Shown: positions 49,792 through 60,134 of the stretch, piece after piece | Numbering within the stretch: the first letter of the stretch is position 1 | Layout: each line of letters opens with the position of its first letter | NCBI GenBank assembly: GCA_965223255.1 | Contig: CBDCWA010000004.1 | Span: 1,611,514 to 1,675,513 of the forward strand | From: Hyphomicrobiaceae bacterium | GTDB lineage: Bacteria; Pseudomonadota; Alphaproteobacteria; Rhizobiales; Hyphomicrobiaceae | Length of the DNA: 64,000 bases | Reading direction: 5' to 3' | Position numbers and translations under genes: made by a program | Notes under the pieces: generated by a model | What the model was told of the DNA's origin: nothing | Seen by the model: only the letters and a program-made list of their open reading frames with translations | Database searches by the model: none

Positions 49792-50850
49792 ATGTCCCAA
49801 AAAATCGTCCAAGCGCAAACACTCAAGGCGTTCTGCCAACGGGCCTATCAGGCGGTCGGCGTACCCGAACGCGATGCTCTACTGGTCGCCGATAGCCTCG
49901 TTCAAGCCGATCTATGGGGCCATCAATCGCACGGCGTCATGCGCACATTTTGGTACGTCAAGCGGATACAATCTGGCGCAACCAACATTAGCGCACCCCC
50001 TGAATTTGTTATCGACCGTGGCGTCGTACGTGTGCTGGATGGCAATGATGGCCTGGGTCAGGTGGTGACTGAACGAGCGACGCGTGAAGCCATTCAAACT
50101 GCCAAACAACACGGTGCCGCCATCACATCAATTCGCAATTCCGGCCATTTCGGCACTGCCATGTACTATACCCGCATGGCCGCATTGGAAGGCTGCATCG
50201 CATTGTTGTTCACCAATGCGAGCCCCGCCATGGCGCCCTGGGGCGGGCGCCAAAAACTGGTGGGCACAAATCCCTGGTCGCTCGCAGCGCCCGCCGGCGC
50301 GCACCCACCAATGATCATGGATATCGCAACCAGCGCCGTTGCCCGTGGCAAAATTTATCTTGCCCGCCAACGTGGCACATCTATTCCAGAAGGCTGGGCC
50401 ATTGACAGCGATGGCCGCCCGACGATCGACCCGGTCGCCGCCATTGCCGGTAATATTATGCCAATGGCTGGCCACAAAGGGTATGCGATTTCCACCATGT
50501 TGGATGTGCTGTCCGGTGTACTAAGCGCCAGCCACTTTGGCGGCGACGTTGTTGGCCCCTACGTACCGGAAGGCAAGAGTGGTGCTGGCCATCTCCTCAT
50601 CGTGCTCGACATAGAGGCTTTTCGTCCTCTGGCGGACTTCAATAAGGACATGGAAGAATTGATCCGCCGCATCAAAACGGCCCCTAGATCACCGGATACC
50701 GAAGAAATATTTTATCCTGGCGAGATCGAGGCAAATACCGAGAAAAAATTGGCCCCTTCAGGCATCCCGATCCCTGAAGATACGTTTATTGATCTGAACA
50801 AAAACGCTGCGGCTCTATCAATTCCAACATTAGATGAAAAGACAAAATAA
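49792..50850 (+). CDS. Ldh_2-family (malate/L-lactate/sulfolactate-type) dehydrogenase
   Basis: Start ATG 49792 (AAGGAT RBS); the upstream about 116 codons of the ORF overlap the divergent gene and its promoter; HGVMR, GHKGYAIS motifs of Ldh_2 family. Confidence 0.8.
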   Translation: MSQKIVQAQTLKAFCQRAYQAVGVPERDALLVADSLVQADLWGHQSHGVMRTFWYVKRIQSGATNISAPPEFVIDRGVVRVLDGNDGLGQVVTERATREAIQTAKQHGAAITSIRNSGHFGTAMYYTRMAALEGCIALLFTNASPAMAPWGGRQKLVGTNPWSLAAPAGAHPPMIMDIATSAVARGKIYLARQRGTSIPEGWAIDSDGRPTIDPVAAIAGNIMPMAGHKGYAISTMLDVLSGVLSASHFGGDVVGPYVPEGKSGAGHLLIVLDIEAFRPLADFNKDMEELIRRIKTAPRSPDTEEIFYPGEIEANTEKKLAPSGIPIPEDTFIDLNKNAAALSIPTLDEKTK

Positions 50851-50897
50851 AAAGCCGGCCGCACTGGGCAGCCGACTTCAAATATCGTGATCAGAAA

Positions 50898-51380
50898 TTA
50901 CTTCGGCAGCAAAACTTTATCAATGACGTGGATCACACCATTATCCGCCATAACATTTGCCGAAACGACATTGGCACCATTTACGGTAACCCCTGCCTTG
51001 GACTTTTTAACGATCAACCGCGACGCAGTATTAAGCGGTTTCACTTTGATTGACTTGTGCGGCAGCATATCAGCTGTCAGCTTCCGCCCAACCACATGAT
51101 AAGTCAGAATACTTGCCAGCTTTTGCTTATTTTCAGGCTTCAGCAGGCTTTCTACAGTGCCAGCCGGCAACGCCTTGAACGCATCATCTGTCGGCGCAAA
51201 AACAGTGATTGGCCCTTTGCCGCTCAACGCACCGACAAGACCTGCCGCTTTTGCCGCGGCAAGAAGCGTGTTGAACTTGCCGGCAGATTTCGCCGTCTCA
51301 ACAACATTTGCTGCTTGCGCCGAAACAACACTTGCGAACAATACGCCCGCTGCAACCAAACCTGCTCTAATGATCTTCAT
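50898..51380 (-). CDS. secreted fasciclin (FAS1) domain protein
   Basis: Signal peptide; TVFAPTDDAF, H-box-like YHVV, VIHVIDKVLLP. Confidence 0.8.
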   Translation of the reverse strand: MKIIRAGLVAAGVLFASVVSAQAANVVETAKSAGKFNTLLAAAKAAGLVGALSGKGPITVFAPTDDAFKALPAGTVESLLKPENKQKLASILTYHVVGRKLTADMLPHKSIKVKPLNTASRLIVKKSKAGVTVNGANVVSANVMADNGVIHVIDKVLLPK

Positions 51381-51523
51381 TATTCAGCTCCTGATTTTTC
51401 GACAAATTGAAGCTTGGCCAAGCTTGATCATAAAACGATGCCGCTCCAATAACAGATCAACAGGGCAATCAAAATTTTTGAAAAAATTATTTGCTCAAGA
51501 AAATCGTTCTGGTGCTATGCTGG

Positions 51524-52741
51524 TTACACATGACGGAGTTGAAACAAACCGACATCCGTCTGCCGATGTCGGAAACCAACTTCGCAATAGACCAAGTAGT
51601 AGCGCCACATTCTGCGAAACCTTTCATCAAAACCAAGCTCCGCGATCGCTGGCCAGGCGCGTTCGAAACGCATCCGCCATTCAAGCAGCGTCTCTGCGTA
51701 GCTGTCACCGAACCGTTGATGCTGAGTGACTTCGAGTCCGGCCCGCGTCGCCTGTTCATAGATTATCCGTTCAGTAGGCAGCATACCGCCAGGGAAGATA
51801 TATCTTTGTATGAAGTCCGGGCGCCGACGATAACTTTCGAAGATTCGTTCATTGATCGTGATCGCCTGCAAAACGGCAACGCCGCCGGGCTTCAAACAAG
51901 TCTTGAGACGTTCAAAGTATTGAGACCAATAACGTTCACCGACTGCTTCAATCATCTCGATCGACACGATCCTGTCGAACGCCTCGTCGACATCACGATA
52001 ATCGCGAAGTGCAAAGTCCGCTTGTCCGGCAGACTGCAGCTTGGCATGAGCGGTTTTGGCATGCGCCAATTGCTCTTTCGACAACGTTATCCCATAGAGC
52101 GTGCATTCGGTGTCACTGATCAACCGGCGCGCAAAGGCACCCCAACCGCATCCAATCTCTAGTACCTTATGCCCCGGCCTGACATCGAGAAGCGCCTTGA
52201 CGCGATCCAGCTTCTCGACTTGCGACGCCTCCAGCGATCGTACACCGTCACTATAGAGGCCCGAAGAATAGTTCATTTCAGGGTCGAGCCATTGCCCGTA
52301 GAAGGCGTTACCGAGATCGTAGTGCTGCGCAATATTGCGCCGACTGCCGCGGCGCGTATTGGAACGTGAAAAGTGTCCCATGCCGTTCAACGCATGCGCC
52401 AATCGCCAGCCGCTAGTCTCTTTTGTTAGCGCCTGTACATTAGCCAATCCGAAAGACATCACTTGGAATAGATCCGGTGTTGACCAATCGCCGTCGACGT
52501 AGCTTCGCGCAAGGCCATGTTCACCCTCATAAACAAGACGCCACAAGACACGCCAGCGATGAATAACAAGTGTCGCGGTCGGCCCGGGTTGAACACCGAC
52601 ATGTTCGATACTCTGGCCATTTGGCAACTCGATCATTGCGCGCCCGGCGCGAAACGACCGCAAGCGATAGCGGATGAACCAATGCACAAAATTCTGTGCT
52701 GCAAAGGAATTGTCGGCGGTCCTGGAGCGGCTGGGTATCAT
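51524..52741 (-). CDS. cyclopropane-fatty-acyl-phospholipid-synthase-family SAM methyltransferase
   Basis: VLEIGCGWGAFA SAM motif I within CFA-synthase-like scaffold. Confidence 0.85.
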   Translation of the reverse strand: MIPSRSRTADNSFAAQNFVHWFIRYRLRSFRAGRAMIELPNGQSIEHVGVQPGPTATLVIHRWRVLWRLVYEGEHGLARSYVDGDWSTPDLFQVMSFGLANVQALTKETSGWRLAHALNGMGHFSRSNTRRGSRRNIAQHYDLGNAFYGQWLDPEMNYSSGLYSDGVRSLEASQVEKLDRVKALLDVRPGHKVLEIGCGWGAFARRLISDTECTLYGITLSKEQLAHAKTAHAKLQSAGQADFALRDYRDVDEAFDRIVSIEMIEAVGERYWSQYFERLKTCLKPGGVAVLQAITINERIFESYRRRPDFIQRYIFPGGMLPTERIIYEQATRAGLEVTQHQRFGDSYAETLLEWRMRFERAWPAIAELGFDERFRRMWRYYLVYCEVGFRHRQTDVGLFQLRHV

Positions 52742-52753
52742 AGGTAGGTCTTT

Positions 52754-53530
52754 TTATTTGCTTTTTTCTATAATTGTAATGTCGTTTTCGGGCGGCGCGG
52801 GCTTTGCCATGATTTCAAAACCCTGCCACCACATGACCAATGCATGCCAATAGATTGAGGCCACCACTTTCAGCGTCAGCAGCGGATACGTCAGCAACAG
52901 GCGTGCAAGCCCGAGATCGGTGAGCGCCCGCCGTCTTCCACTGAGCCCTGTATTGATAATCAGCCCGGCATCATCATACCCGCCGACACCCAGCGCAATA
53001 TGGCCTCCAGGCTTCTTGGCACGAAAGCGATAAGACATCTTCATGCCGAGGAACGGTGAAACGTAAAAGCCTTTCTCGCAGCGTTGGCGCACGTCCCCAT
53101 CACCGTTTCCGGCCGGCACAACATAACTATGACGCTCACCATAGGTATTGTTGACCTCGTAGATCATGGCCACCAATTCGCCGTCACCGTGCGTGCAATA
53201 ATAAACGGTCAAAGGATTGAAATCGTAGCCCATCACGCGTGGCATGCATAAAACCTGCACTTTAATGCCATCGCCAGAAATACCCGCCGCCTCAAGGTGT
53301 CTGATAATCTGTAATTTTATCGATGTCTTCGAACCATCACCATGATCGCGATCAAAAAAACTCAATATGTTTGGCTTGTTATACGAGAACAACCAGAGCC
53401 TTCGGCTGAGAGCCTCAATCTCATCGAGATCCAAGAACAACCAGTAGACCCGATAGCGCAAACGATGTGCACGCGGCCTTAATCTATGATGCATCACATG
53501 GCCATAATAGAGGCAGGATCGATCGTTCAT
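52754..53530 (-). CDS. DUF1365-family protein
   Basis: Typical partner of CFA-synthase-like and amine-oxidase genes; start abuts the upstream gene. Confidence 0.7.
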   Translation of the reverse strand: MNDRSCLYYGHVMHHRLRPRAHRLRYRVYWLFLDLDEIEALSRRLWLFSYNKPNILSFFDRDHGDGSKTSIKLQIIRHLEAAGISGDGIKVQVLCMPRVMGYDFNPLTVYYCTHGDGELVAMIYEVNNTYGERHSYVVPAGNGDGDVRQRCEKGFYVSPFLGMKMSYRFRAKKPGGHIALGVGGYDDAGLIINTGLSGRRRALTDLGLARLLLTYPLLTLKVVASIYWHALVMWWQGFEIMAKPAPPENDITIIEKSK

Positions 53531-54885
53531 GCACCCGCCCCTAATTGCACCAGCGGTATTCGCGCCGGCTCAAGTGAAATACGACCAGATTCGTTTGCAA
53601 CTCGCCACGGACGCCGCACACCACCAAGCGCCTCCGCAACGGCCAACCCGGCCTGTAGTCCGTCCTCATGAAACCCGGCACCGAAATAAGCACCACAGAA
53701 CCACGTTCGCCGCCGCCCCTGCAGCGACCACAACTCGCGTTGCGCCGAAATCGCAGCTTCATCCATGACCGGATGGGTGAATGTTTCGCAATGAATTGTT
53801 TTATCAGGGTGGGGCGCGTGCTCCGGATTGAGTGTCACGAATAAGGGCGTGCTGTCTGGAATGTGCTGCAGCAAATTCATCCAGTACGTGACGGTCAACG
53901 CTTCACCCTGTGCCCGATCGCGACGCCCGATATAATTCCAGCTCGACCACACCTTGCGCCGCTTCGGCATCAACTGCACATCGCTATGGAGATAGGCAAG
54001 GTTTGTGTTGTAGCGGAAGGCACCAAGCAACCGGCGTTCATCATGATCGGCATCCGCAATCAAGCCCAATGCTTGATTGGCATGCGCCGCAATCACAACC
54101 TCATCGAACGTTTCCGTGCTCCCAGATGCATCCACCACTTCCACGCGATCCGGGAAACGGCGCACCGCACGCACCGCGCATCCGAGCTTGATGCGTTCTC
54201 GGAAGCTATGCGTTAGCTTTTCGACATAGGCGCGGCTACCGCCGGCGACCGTCCGCCAAAGCGGCCGATTAAACACCTTGAGCAGACCATGGTTCTCGTT
54301 GAATCTCAAAAACGCACGCGCTGGATAGTTCAGAATTTCGGCCCGTGGCACCGACCAGATTGCAGCCGCCATAGCCAATAGATGATCATTGATGAAGGCC
54401 TCGCCATATCGATGGCGCACGAGATATTCGCCAAGCGAAAGCCCTTGGCACTCCGGCTTCGAAATATCGCGCGGCGCATTGCGGTAGAAGCGAAGCACAT
54501 CGCGCACCATACCGAGGAACCGCTTCGAAACGATATTCTTGCGCTGCGCAAAAAGATGGTCAAGCGAGGTACCGGCATATTCTAACGCACCATCGTCGAG
54601 CGAGATGGCCAGCGACATGTTGGTCTCGCGCGATTGCACGCCCAGGTGATCAAAAAGCTGAACCAAATTGGGGTAAGCGTCAGGATTATAGACGATGAAG
54701 CCAATATCGACCGGCTGATTGCCTTCCGCACCCGGCGCATCAAAAGTGTAGGAATGACCGCCGATCCGCGGTGCCTGCTCAAAGACTGTGATAGACTGCG
54801 TCTTATCGAGCAACCAGGCAGCGCTGAGCCCGGCAATACCTGTACCGACCACGGCCACCCTTTTGCCGATAAACTGCCCATCCAT
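53527..54885 (-). CDS. FAD-dependent amine-oxidase-family oxidoreductase
   Basis: Start set to Met at 54885 (GGAG RBS); RVAVVGTGIAGLSAAWLL dinucleotide-binding motif. Confidence 0.8.
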   Translation of the reverse strand: MDGQFIGKRVAVVGTGIAGLSAAWLLDKTQSITVFEQAPRIGGHSYTFDAPGAEGNQPVDIGFIVYNPDAYPNLVQLFDHLGVQSRETNMSLAISLDDGALEYAGTSLDHLFAQRKNIVSKRFLGMVRDVLRFYRNAPRDISKPECQGLSLGEYLVRHRYGEAFINDHLLAMAAAIWSVPRAEILNYPARAFLRFNENHGLLKVFNRPLWRTVAGGSRAYVEKLTHSFRERIKLGCAVRAVRRFPDRVEVVDASGSTETFDEVVIAAHANQALGLIADADHDERRLLGAFRYNTNLAYLHSDVQLMPKRRKVWSSWNYIGRRDRAQGEALTVTYWMNLLQHIPDSTPLFVTLNPEHAPHPDKTIHCETFTHPVMDEAAISAQRELWSLQGRRRTWFCGAYFGAGFHEDGLQAGLAVAEALGGVRRPWRVANESGRISLEPARIPLVQLGAGA

Positions 54886-54939
54886 TGCGTTTCTCCAAGA
54901 GGTAGAAGGGCCCGGTTGAGGCACCCGCCGAATTACGCA

Positions 54940-55025
54940 ATACTTACGAACCGGTATCACTGACGGATCACCGTCAATTAATGCTACCTGCAATGATCCA
55001 TTGCACCCCTCTGGCCGTATTTGGT
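54940..55025. promoter_or_regulatory. candidate divergent RpoE(ChrR-class)-type promoters
   Basis: Minus strand TGATCC-N18-TAAGTA (plus 54970-54942) and plus strand TGATCC-N18-TATTTG (54994-55023); -35 TGATCC resembles the Rhodobacter sigmaE promoter as I recall it. Confidence 0.35.
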
Positions 55026-55132
55026 CCATGCAGGTAGAAATTATGATAGAACAGACAGGTTTTTCGGCGCCTCGGCCCGTTAGGTCGGATCGCGTGGTCT
55101 GGCGGCAAACACGTCTTCCCAGTGGAACATCA

Positions 55133-55708
55133 ATGCATGATCAACCCCAAATATCTCCGGCCGCCGCCGACAATCCATCAACGCTGATCAAATTGATCGC
55201 AAAGGAGCAAAACAAAGAGGCTTTCAAGCAATTGTTTGATCTTTATGCGCCACGTCTGAAGAATTTTCTGATGCGCCAAGGCACGACGCCCGAAGCGGCA
55301 GAGGATCTTGCTCAGGAAGCCATGCTGATGGTTTGGCGTAAGGCCCACTATTTCGCCGACAGCAAGGGCAGCGCCTCAACTTGGATCTTTACCATCGCGC
55401 GCAATCTGCGCATCGACGAGGCCCGTCGGGCGCAACGCGCGCAGCATTATGCCATGGTCGAAGACTTCGATGATGAGGAGCCCGAACGCCCGGATGACAT
55501 TGTGACCAACGCGCAATATGCCAGTCATGTGCATGCCGCCATGCAGGAGCTGCCGCCCGAACAGCTTGAAGTCATCAAATTATCATTCATGGAGGGGGCA
55601 GCGCACGGCGAAATTGCCGAGCGCCTCAACCTTCCGCTTGGAACAGTAAAATCACGCCTCCGGCTAGCAATCCGTCGTTTGAGGAATTCTCTTGAGGACC
55701 TTTCATGA
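55133..55708 (+). CDS. rpoE: ECF sigma factor, RpoE (ChrR-partner) type
   Basis: Start set to ATG 55133 (about 191 aa); sigma region 2 and region 4 HTH IAERLNLPLGTVKSRL. Confidence 0.8.
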   Translation: MHDQPQISPAAADNPSTLIKLIAKEQNKEAFKQLFDLYAPRLKNFLMRQGTTPEAAEDLAQEAMLMVWRKAHYFADSKGSASTWIFTIARNLRIDEARRAQRAQHYAMVEDFDDEEPERPDDIVTNAQYASHVHAAMQELPPEQLEVIKLSFMEGAAHGEIAERLNLPLGTVKSRLRLAIRRLRNSLEDLS

Positions 55709-56367
55709 CCATCTCCCATCACCCAACTGACGAAACTCTGGCAGAATTTGCTGCTGGAACCTTGGACGAAGGCAAATCATTAGTTGTCTCGGTCCATCTT
55801 ACTCACTGCCAGGCCTGCCGGCAGGCTGTAAAGCAGTTCAATTTGATTGCTGGTGCTATGCTTGAGACCCAGTCAGTGTTGGCTGGGGCAACAAGTGCTG
55901 ACCACAAGGTTCGAATGCCGAACCTTGACACCTTGCCACCGATGGATGCCGCACCAGACCGGTCTCACCACCTCGCAGAACGCCGATTCAAGGACGACGG
56001 TAAGACCTCGCCGTTGGATCTTTATAGCGCCTGCGAATGGCGTCGGATCGGTCTTGGAGTTCAGTTCAAGTCCGTTGATGTACCGTCAAATGATGGCACG
56101 CGCGTCTTTCTTTTGAAGGCAGCTCCTGGAACCCGCCTTCCTGACCATCGCCATAGCGGTTTGGAATGGACATGCGTCCTCAAGGGCGCGTTCAGCCATG
56201 ACTTTGGGCGCTTTGGCCCTGGCGATTTCGACGAAGCCGATCATACTGTCGAACATCGTCCGTTTGTCGAGCGCGAGGGCGATTGCATTTGCCTTGTTGC
56301 GCTAAATGGGCAGATTGAGCTGCGCAGTTGGGTCGGTCGGCTGATACAGCCGCTCGTAAAACTTTAA
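55705..56367 (+). CDS. chrR: ChrR-family anti-sigma factor (Zn-binding N-domain + cupin C-domain)
   Basis: Overlaps rpoE stop by 4 nt; H-x3-C-x2-C (HLTHCQACRQ) zinc motif; C-terminal cupin-like beta region. Confidence 0.8.
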   Translation: MTISHHPTDETLAEFAAGTLDEGKSLVVSVHLTHCQACRQAVKQFNLIAGAMLETQSVLAGATSADHKVRMPNLDTLPPMDAAPDRSHHLAERRFKDDGKTSPLDLYSACEWRRIGLGVQFKSVDVPSNDGTRVFLLKAAPGTRLPDHRHSGLEWTCVLKGAFSHDFGRFGPGDFDEADHTVEHRPFVEREGDCICLVALNGQIELRSWVGRLIQPLVKL

Positions 56368-56491
56368 ACTGGCGAAACGGCACAATTTGCATTGTATCGG
56401 CGACCAATTTTCCACACCCGATAGAACCAAGCTGATCCACGAAGCGTAAGCAATTAAACGCTGAAGAGACCGTCATCACCCGGGGCTCACC

Positions 56492-57319
56492 ATGTCTTGG
56501 CTCTCGCTGCTACACCTCTCGTTCTTGATCTGGCTCGCACTCACAGCCGTGATGGCGTTTGCCTGGCTCGTCCAGCAGCGGTCCGGCAACAGCGGCTGGG
56601 TCGATGTGTTTTGGACCTTCGGTGTGGCACTCGTAGCCATCGCCACGGCAATAGTCTGGCAAGTCGCAGAAACCAACGGCGTACGGTTCATATTGGTGAT
56701 TTCAATGACCACCCTTTGGGCTTTGCGCCTTGGTGGCTACATCGTGATGCGTACCAAGGACATTGCCGACGACCCGAGATATGCCAAACTCAGCGCCGAT
56801 TGGGGCGCGCGGGCTCCGTTCAATATGTTCTGGCTATTACAATTCCAGGCGTTAGCATCCGTACCATTGTGCCTCGCCATAGTGCTGGCCGCCCTCAATC
56901 CGGCACCAACATTTGCCATTTTGGATGTGTTTGGCGTGTTGCTTTTTGTCGCCGGCATCTCCGGATCCGCCATCGCCGATCAACAGTTACGCCACTTCAA
57001 AGGGCGGCCAGACGCCAGCGGGCAAATCTGCGATGTCGGTCTTTGGTCGCTCTCGCGTCATCCAAATTACTTCTTCGAATGGTTGGTGTGGTGCGCTTAT
57101 CCGCTATTGGCAGTTTCGTTTGCCGGCGGCTGGCCCTGGGGGTGGCTGGCGTTCGCCGCACCGATCTTGATGTACGTCTTGCTCAATAACGTATCAGGAA
57201 TTCCGCCGCTTGAGGCGCATATGACCGCGAAATACGGCGAAAAGTATCTCAGCTATCAACGCCGCACCAGCGCGTTTTTTCCGATCCCGACCTCCGATTT
57301 TGAAGAAGGACAAGCCTAA
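56492..57319 (+). CDS. DUF1295-family membrane protein (steroid-5alpha-reductase/ICMT-like fold)
   Basis: Multi-TM; LSRHPNYFFEW signature. Confidence 0.75.
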   Translation: MSWLSLLHLSFLIWLALTAVMAFAWLVQQRSGNSGWVDVFWTFGVALVAIATAIVWQVAETNGVRFILVISMTTLWALRLGGYIVMRTKDIADDPRYAKLSADWGARAPFNMFWLLQFQALASVPLCLAIVLAALNPAPTFAILDVFGVLLFVAGISGSAIADQQLRHFKGRPDASGQICDVGLWSLSRHPNYFFEWLVWCAYPLLAVSFAGGWPWGWLAFAAPILMYVLLNNVSGIPPLEAHMTAKYGEKYLSYQRRTSAFFPIPTSDFEEGQA

Positions 57320-58347
57320 TGACCATCGTTGAAAACATTCTTTCGTTTACCGAGCGCACCAATCTGCCGGATCCGGTGACACAAGCAGGGATTACGTTTT
57401 TGGTAAGCCGGTCCAAACGGGATCGCGCCCGCCAGCCCGAAACCTTGACGGCCGAATTTGCGAGAAATATGAGCGCCTACCCTATCGCCCTGAACACCGA
57501 CGCAGCAAACCGTCAACACTATGAAGTCCCGGCGGCCTTCTTTGCCAAGTCTCTCGGCGCGCGGCGCAAGTACTCCTGCTGCTATTATGAATCGGATGAC
57601 ACGCCCCTCGATGTTGCCGAGGAAAAGGCGCTCACAATGACGTGCGGTTATGCCGACCTCCAAGACGGCCAATCGATTTTGGAATTGGGCTGCGGCTGGG
57701 GCTCACTAACGCTATGGATGGCTGAAAAATATCCCGGTTCCCACATTACAGCAGTGTCAAATTCGCAATCTCAACGCGACTATATTTTGTCTCGCGCCAA
57801 GGCCGCAGATCTGACCAACGTCGACGTCATCACCGCCGACATGAATATATTCGAAACCAACCAACGCTTCGATCGCATCGTCTCAATCGAAATGTTTGAG
57901 CATATGGCCAACTGGCGTCCCCTTTTCGAAAAGGCCCTCAAATGGCTGCAACCAGATGGCCGAATGTATATTCATATTTTTAGTCATCGAACCGCCCCTT
58001 ATCGCTTCGACATCGGCGACAAATCCGATTGGATCGCCCAACACTTTTTCACCGGCGGCATCATGCCGAGTCATTATTTGATGTTTGAATTCTCTGACCT
58101 TTTTGAGGTCGAACGCGATTGGCGCTGGAGCGGTATCCACTACGCCCGCACCGCCCGTGACTGGCTCAACAACTACGATAACAATAGCGCCGAAATCGAT
58201 CCGATTCTGCAAACCGTCTATGGACCGGAGGCTCAGATCTGGAAACGTCGCTGGCGTCTCTTTTATCTGGCAACAAGGGGTTTGTTTGGGCACAGTGACG
58301 GCCAGGAATGGGGCATCAGTCATTATCGCTTGAAGCCCCGCTCCTAA
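57319..58347 (+). CDS. CFA-synthase-like SAM-dependent methyltransferase
   Basis: ILELGCGWGSLTLWMAEKYP motif I; shares a stop/start junction with the upstream gene. Confidence 0.8.
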   Translation: MTIVENILSFTERTNLPDPVTQAGITFLVSRSKRDRARQPETLTAEFARNMSAYPIALNTDAANRQHYEVPAAFFAKSLGARRKYSCCYYESDDTPLDVAEEKALTMTCGYADLQDGQSILELGCGWGSLTLWMAEKYPGSHITAVSNSQSQRDYILSRAKAADLTNVDVITADMNIFETNQRFDRIVSIEMFEHMANWRPLFEKALKWLQPDGRMYIHIFSHRTAPYRFDIGDKSDWIAQHFFTGGIMPSHYLMFEFSDLFEVERDWRWSGIHYARTARDWLNNYDNNSAEIDPILQTVYGPEAQIWKRRWRLFYLATRGLFGHSDGQEWGISHYRLKPRS

Positions 58348-58418
58348 AACACTTCCAGTTGCGGCTGCAAATAGAAGGGGCCAGCCGCAGAGACCGGCGC
58401 TTCTTTGCTTCAGACCAA

Positions 58419-58817
58419 TCAATAAATTGCGCGCACGGCATAAAACGCCGCTAGCGCACAAAATGCAGCCGTCAGCGCACCATAGGTAATATCGATCAAT
58501 GTCAGTTGCAGCGTCCAAGCCTTGAGCGTGGCATAATTGGTTAGATCATAAGTGGCATACGCAAGTGCCCCGTAGAGCATTGCCAGCGCCACTGCCAGGA
58601 TAGCCGAGTTCTCACGCAATGCCGGCATCACTGCGAACACCACGATCCCGACCGGATAAAACAAATAAAACACCACCGCCGGCAGTATACGGATCTGATC
58701 GAGCAGCATCGGGCCTAAAATCGGACGGTAAAGTTTGTCGGCCATGGACATCAACCATATCGCATCGATGATCCCGAAAACGATAAGGATCGTCACATAG
58801 GCCACGAGATAAGACAT
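58419..58817 (-). CDS. DUF2177-like small membrane protein
   Basis: 132 aa, four hydrophobic helices; typical member of RpoE-ChrR neighbourhoods. Confidence 0.55.
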   Translation of the reverse strand: MSYLVAYVTILIVFGIIDAIWLMSMADKLYRPILGPMLLDQIRILPAVVFYLFYPVGIVVFAVMPALRENSAILAVALAMLYGALAYATYDLTNYATLKAWTLQLTLIDITYGALTAAFCALAAFYAVRAIY

Positions 58818-59028
58818 TTAAGACCTCCGTTCCGCATAGGTGAATGCACCAACTACGGTTCGCGCTGGCATATGGATTGATTATTGGCCGTCCGACGCCG
58901 CACCCGCAGCGGCGAAAAGTTACCATTGCTGCTACTGCTTAATGGATGTTGGCCTTATTCAGTGCTGACAGTATAACGAAAAGGGCATCACGAGGTGCCT
59001 CAACACATGCGTCGGGATAAAACCGCAA

Positions 59029-60042
59029 ATGCATAGATCGTTATCAGGATCAATTCAGTTGCCACTGCTTCTCATCGCTGGAGCAGTATTGTTGATATCT
59101 ACCGCGCCAGCCCACAGCTGCGGCCGTGTCACCATCGCTGAAATGAAGTGGGCCTCTGCGGAATTCGCTGCCAACGTCGATAAGATCATTCTTGAGAAAG
59201 GCTTCGGCTGCCGCGTGCGCCTGTTAGCTGGCGATACCATGCCGACCACCGCATCGATGACATCGAAAGGCCAACCTGATATCGCTCCCGAACTTTGGAT
59301 CAACGCGATCAAGGCGACAATCGAGCGCGCCGTCAAAGCCGGTCGACTGAAGATTGCCGGCAAAATCCTCTCTGAGGGCGGCATCGACGGCTGGTGGATA
59401 CCGGCTTACATGCTTGAGAAACACCCGGAACTCACGACACTATCCGCGGTCCTGAAGCGGCCGGACCTATTTCCCAACCCTGAAAACAATTCACGTGGCG
59501 CATTATACAATTGCCCATCGGGCTGGCATTGCCAGATCATCACGGAGAATTTGGCCCGTGCCTTCAAGCTCAAGGCAAAAGGCTTCGACCTGGTGGATAC
59601 CGGCTCGGCTGCCGGTCTCGATGGCAGCCTTGCCAAGGCCTACACCCGCCGCCAGGCATGGTTCGGATATTATTGGGCACCAACGCCATTGTCAGCGAAA
59701 TACAAAATGGTACGGCTAAAAATGGGCGTTGCGCATGACCCGGTGGAGTGGGACCGTTGTACCGGCCGCGCCGATTGCGCAAAACCAAAGAAGAACGCTT
59801 TTACCCGCGCAACGGTCAACACCGTTACATCAGCCGAATTCGCAAAGCGCGCACCCGAAGCCTTTGCTTATTTGGCCAAACGATCCTGGACCAACGCACT
59901 GATCACCCGCTACATCGCGTTCATGGAAAAGAACCAGGCCGCTGGCGATGAGGCGGCGGAAAAATTCCTAAAGTCTGCGCCAGACGTGTGGACCAACTGG
60001 CTCCCGGACCATATCGCCAAAAAAGTCAAAGCCGCGCTTTAG
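59029..60042 (+). CDS. proX: glycine betaine/proline-type ABC transporter substrate-binding protein
   Basis: Signal peptide; ProX/OpuAC-like blocks; followed by permease and ATPase. Confidence 0.75.
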   Translation: MHRSLSGSIQLPLLLIAGAVLLISTAPAHSCGRVTIAEMKWASAEFAANVDKIILEKGFGCRVRLLAGDTMPTTASMTSKGQPDIAPELWINAIKATIERAVKAGRLKIAGKILSEGGIDGWWIPAYMLEKHPELTTLSAVLKRPDLFPNPENNSRGALYNCPSGWHCQIITENLARAFKLKAKGFDLVDTGSAAGLDGSLAKAYTRRQAWFGYYWAPTPLSAKYKMVRLKMGVAHDPVEWDRCTGRADCAKPKKNAFTRATVNTVTSAEFAKRAPEAFAYLAKRSWTNALITRYIAFMEKNQAAGDEAAEKFLKSAPDVWTNWLPDHIAKKVKAAL

Positions 60043-60134
60043 TTCGAACTGGCGAGGCGCAGCGCTATTCGCCAACCCACTATCGCAAGCGCTCGCAATC
60101 AGATTCGAACCTAGCTGGTTTCACAGAGGTCTCC

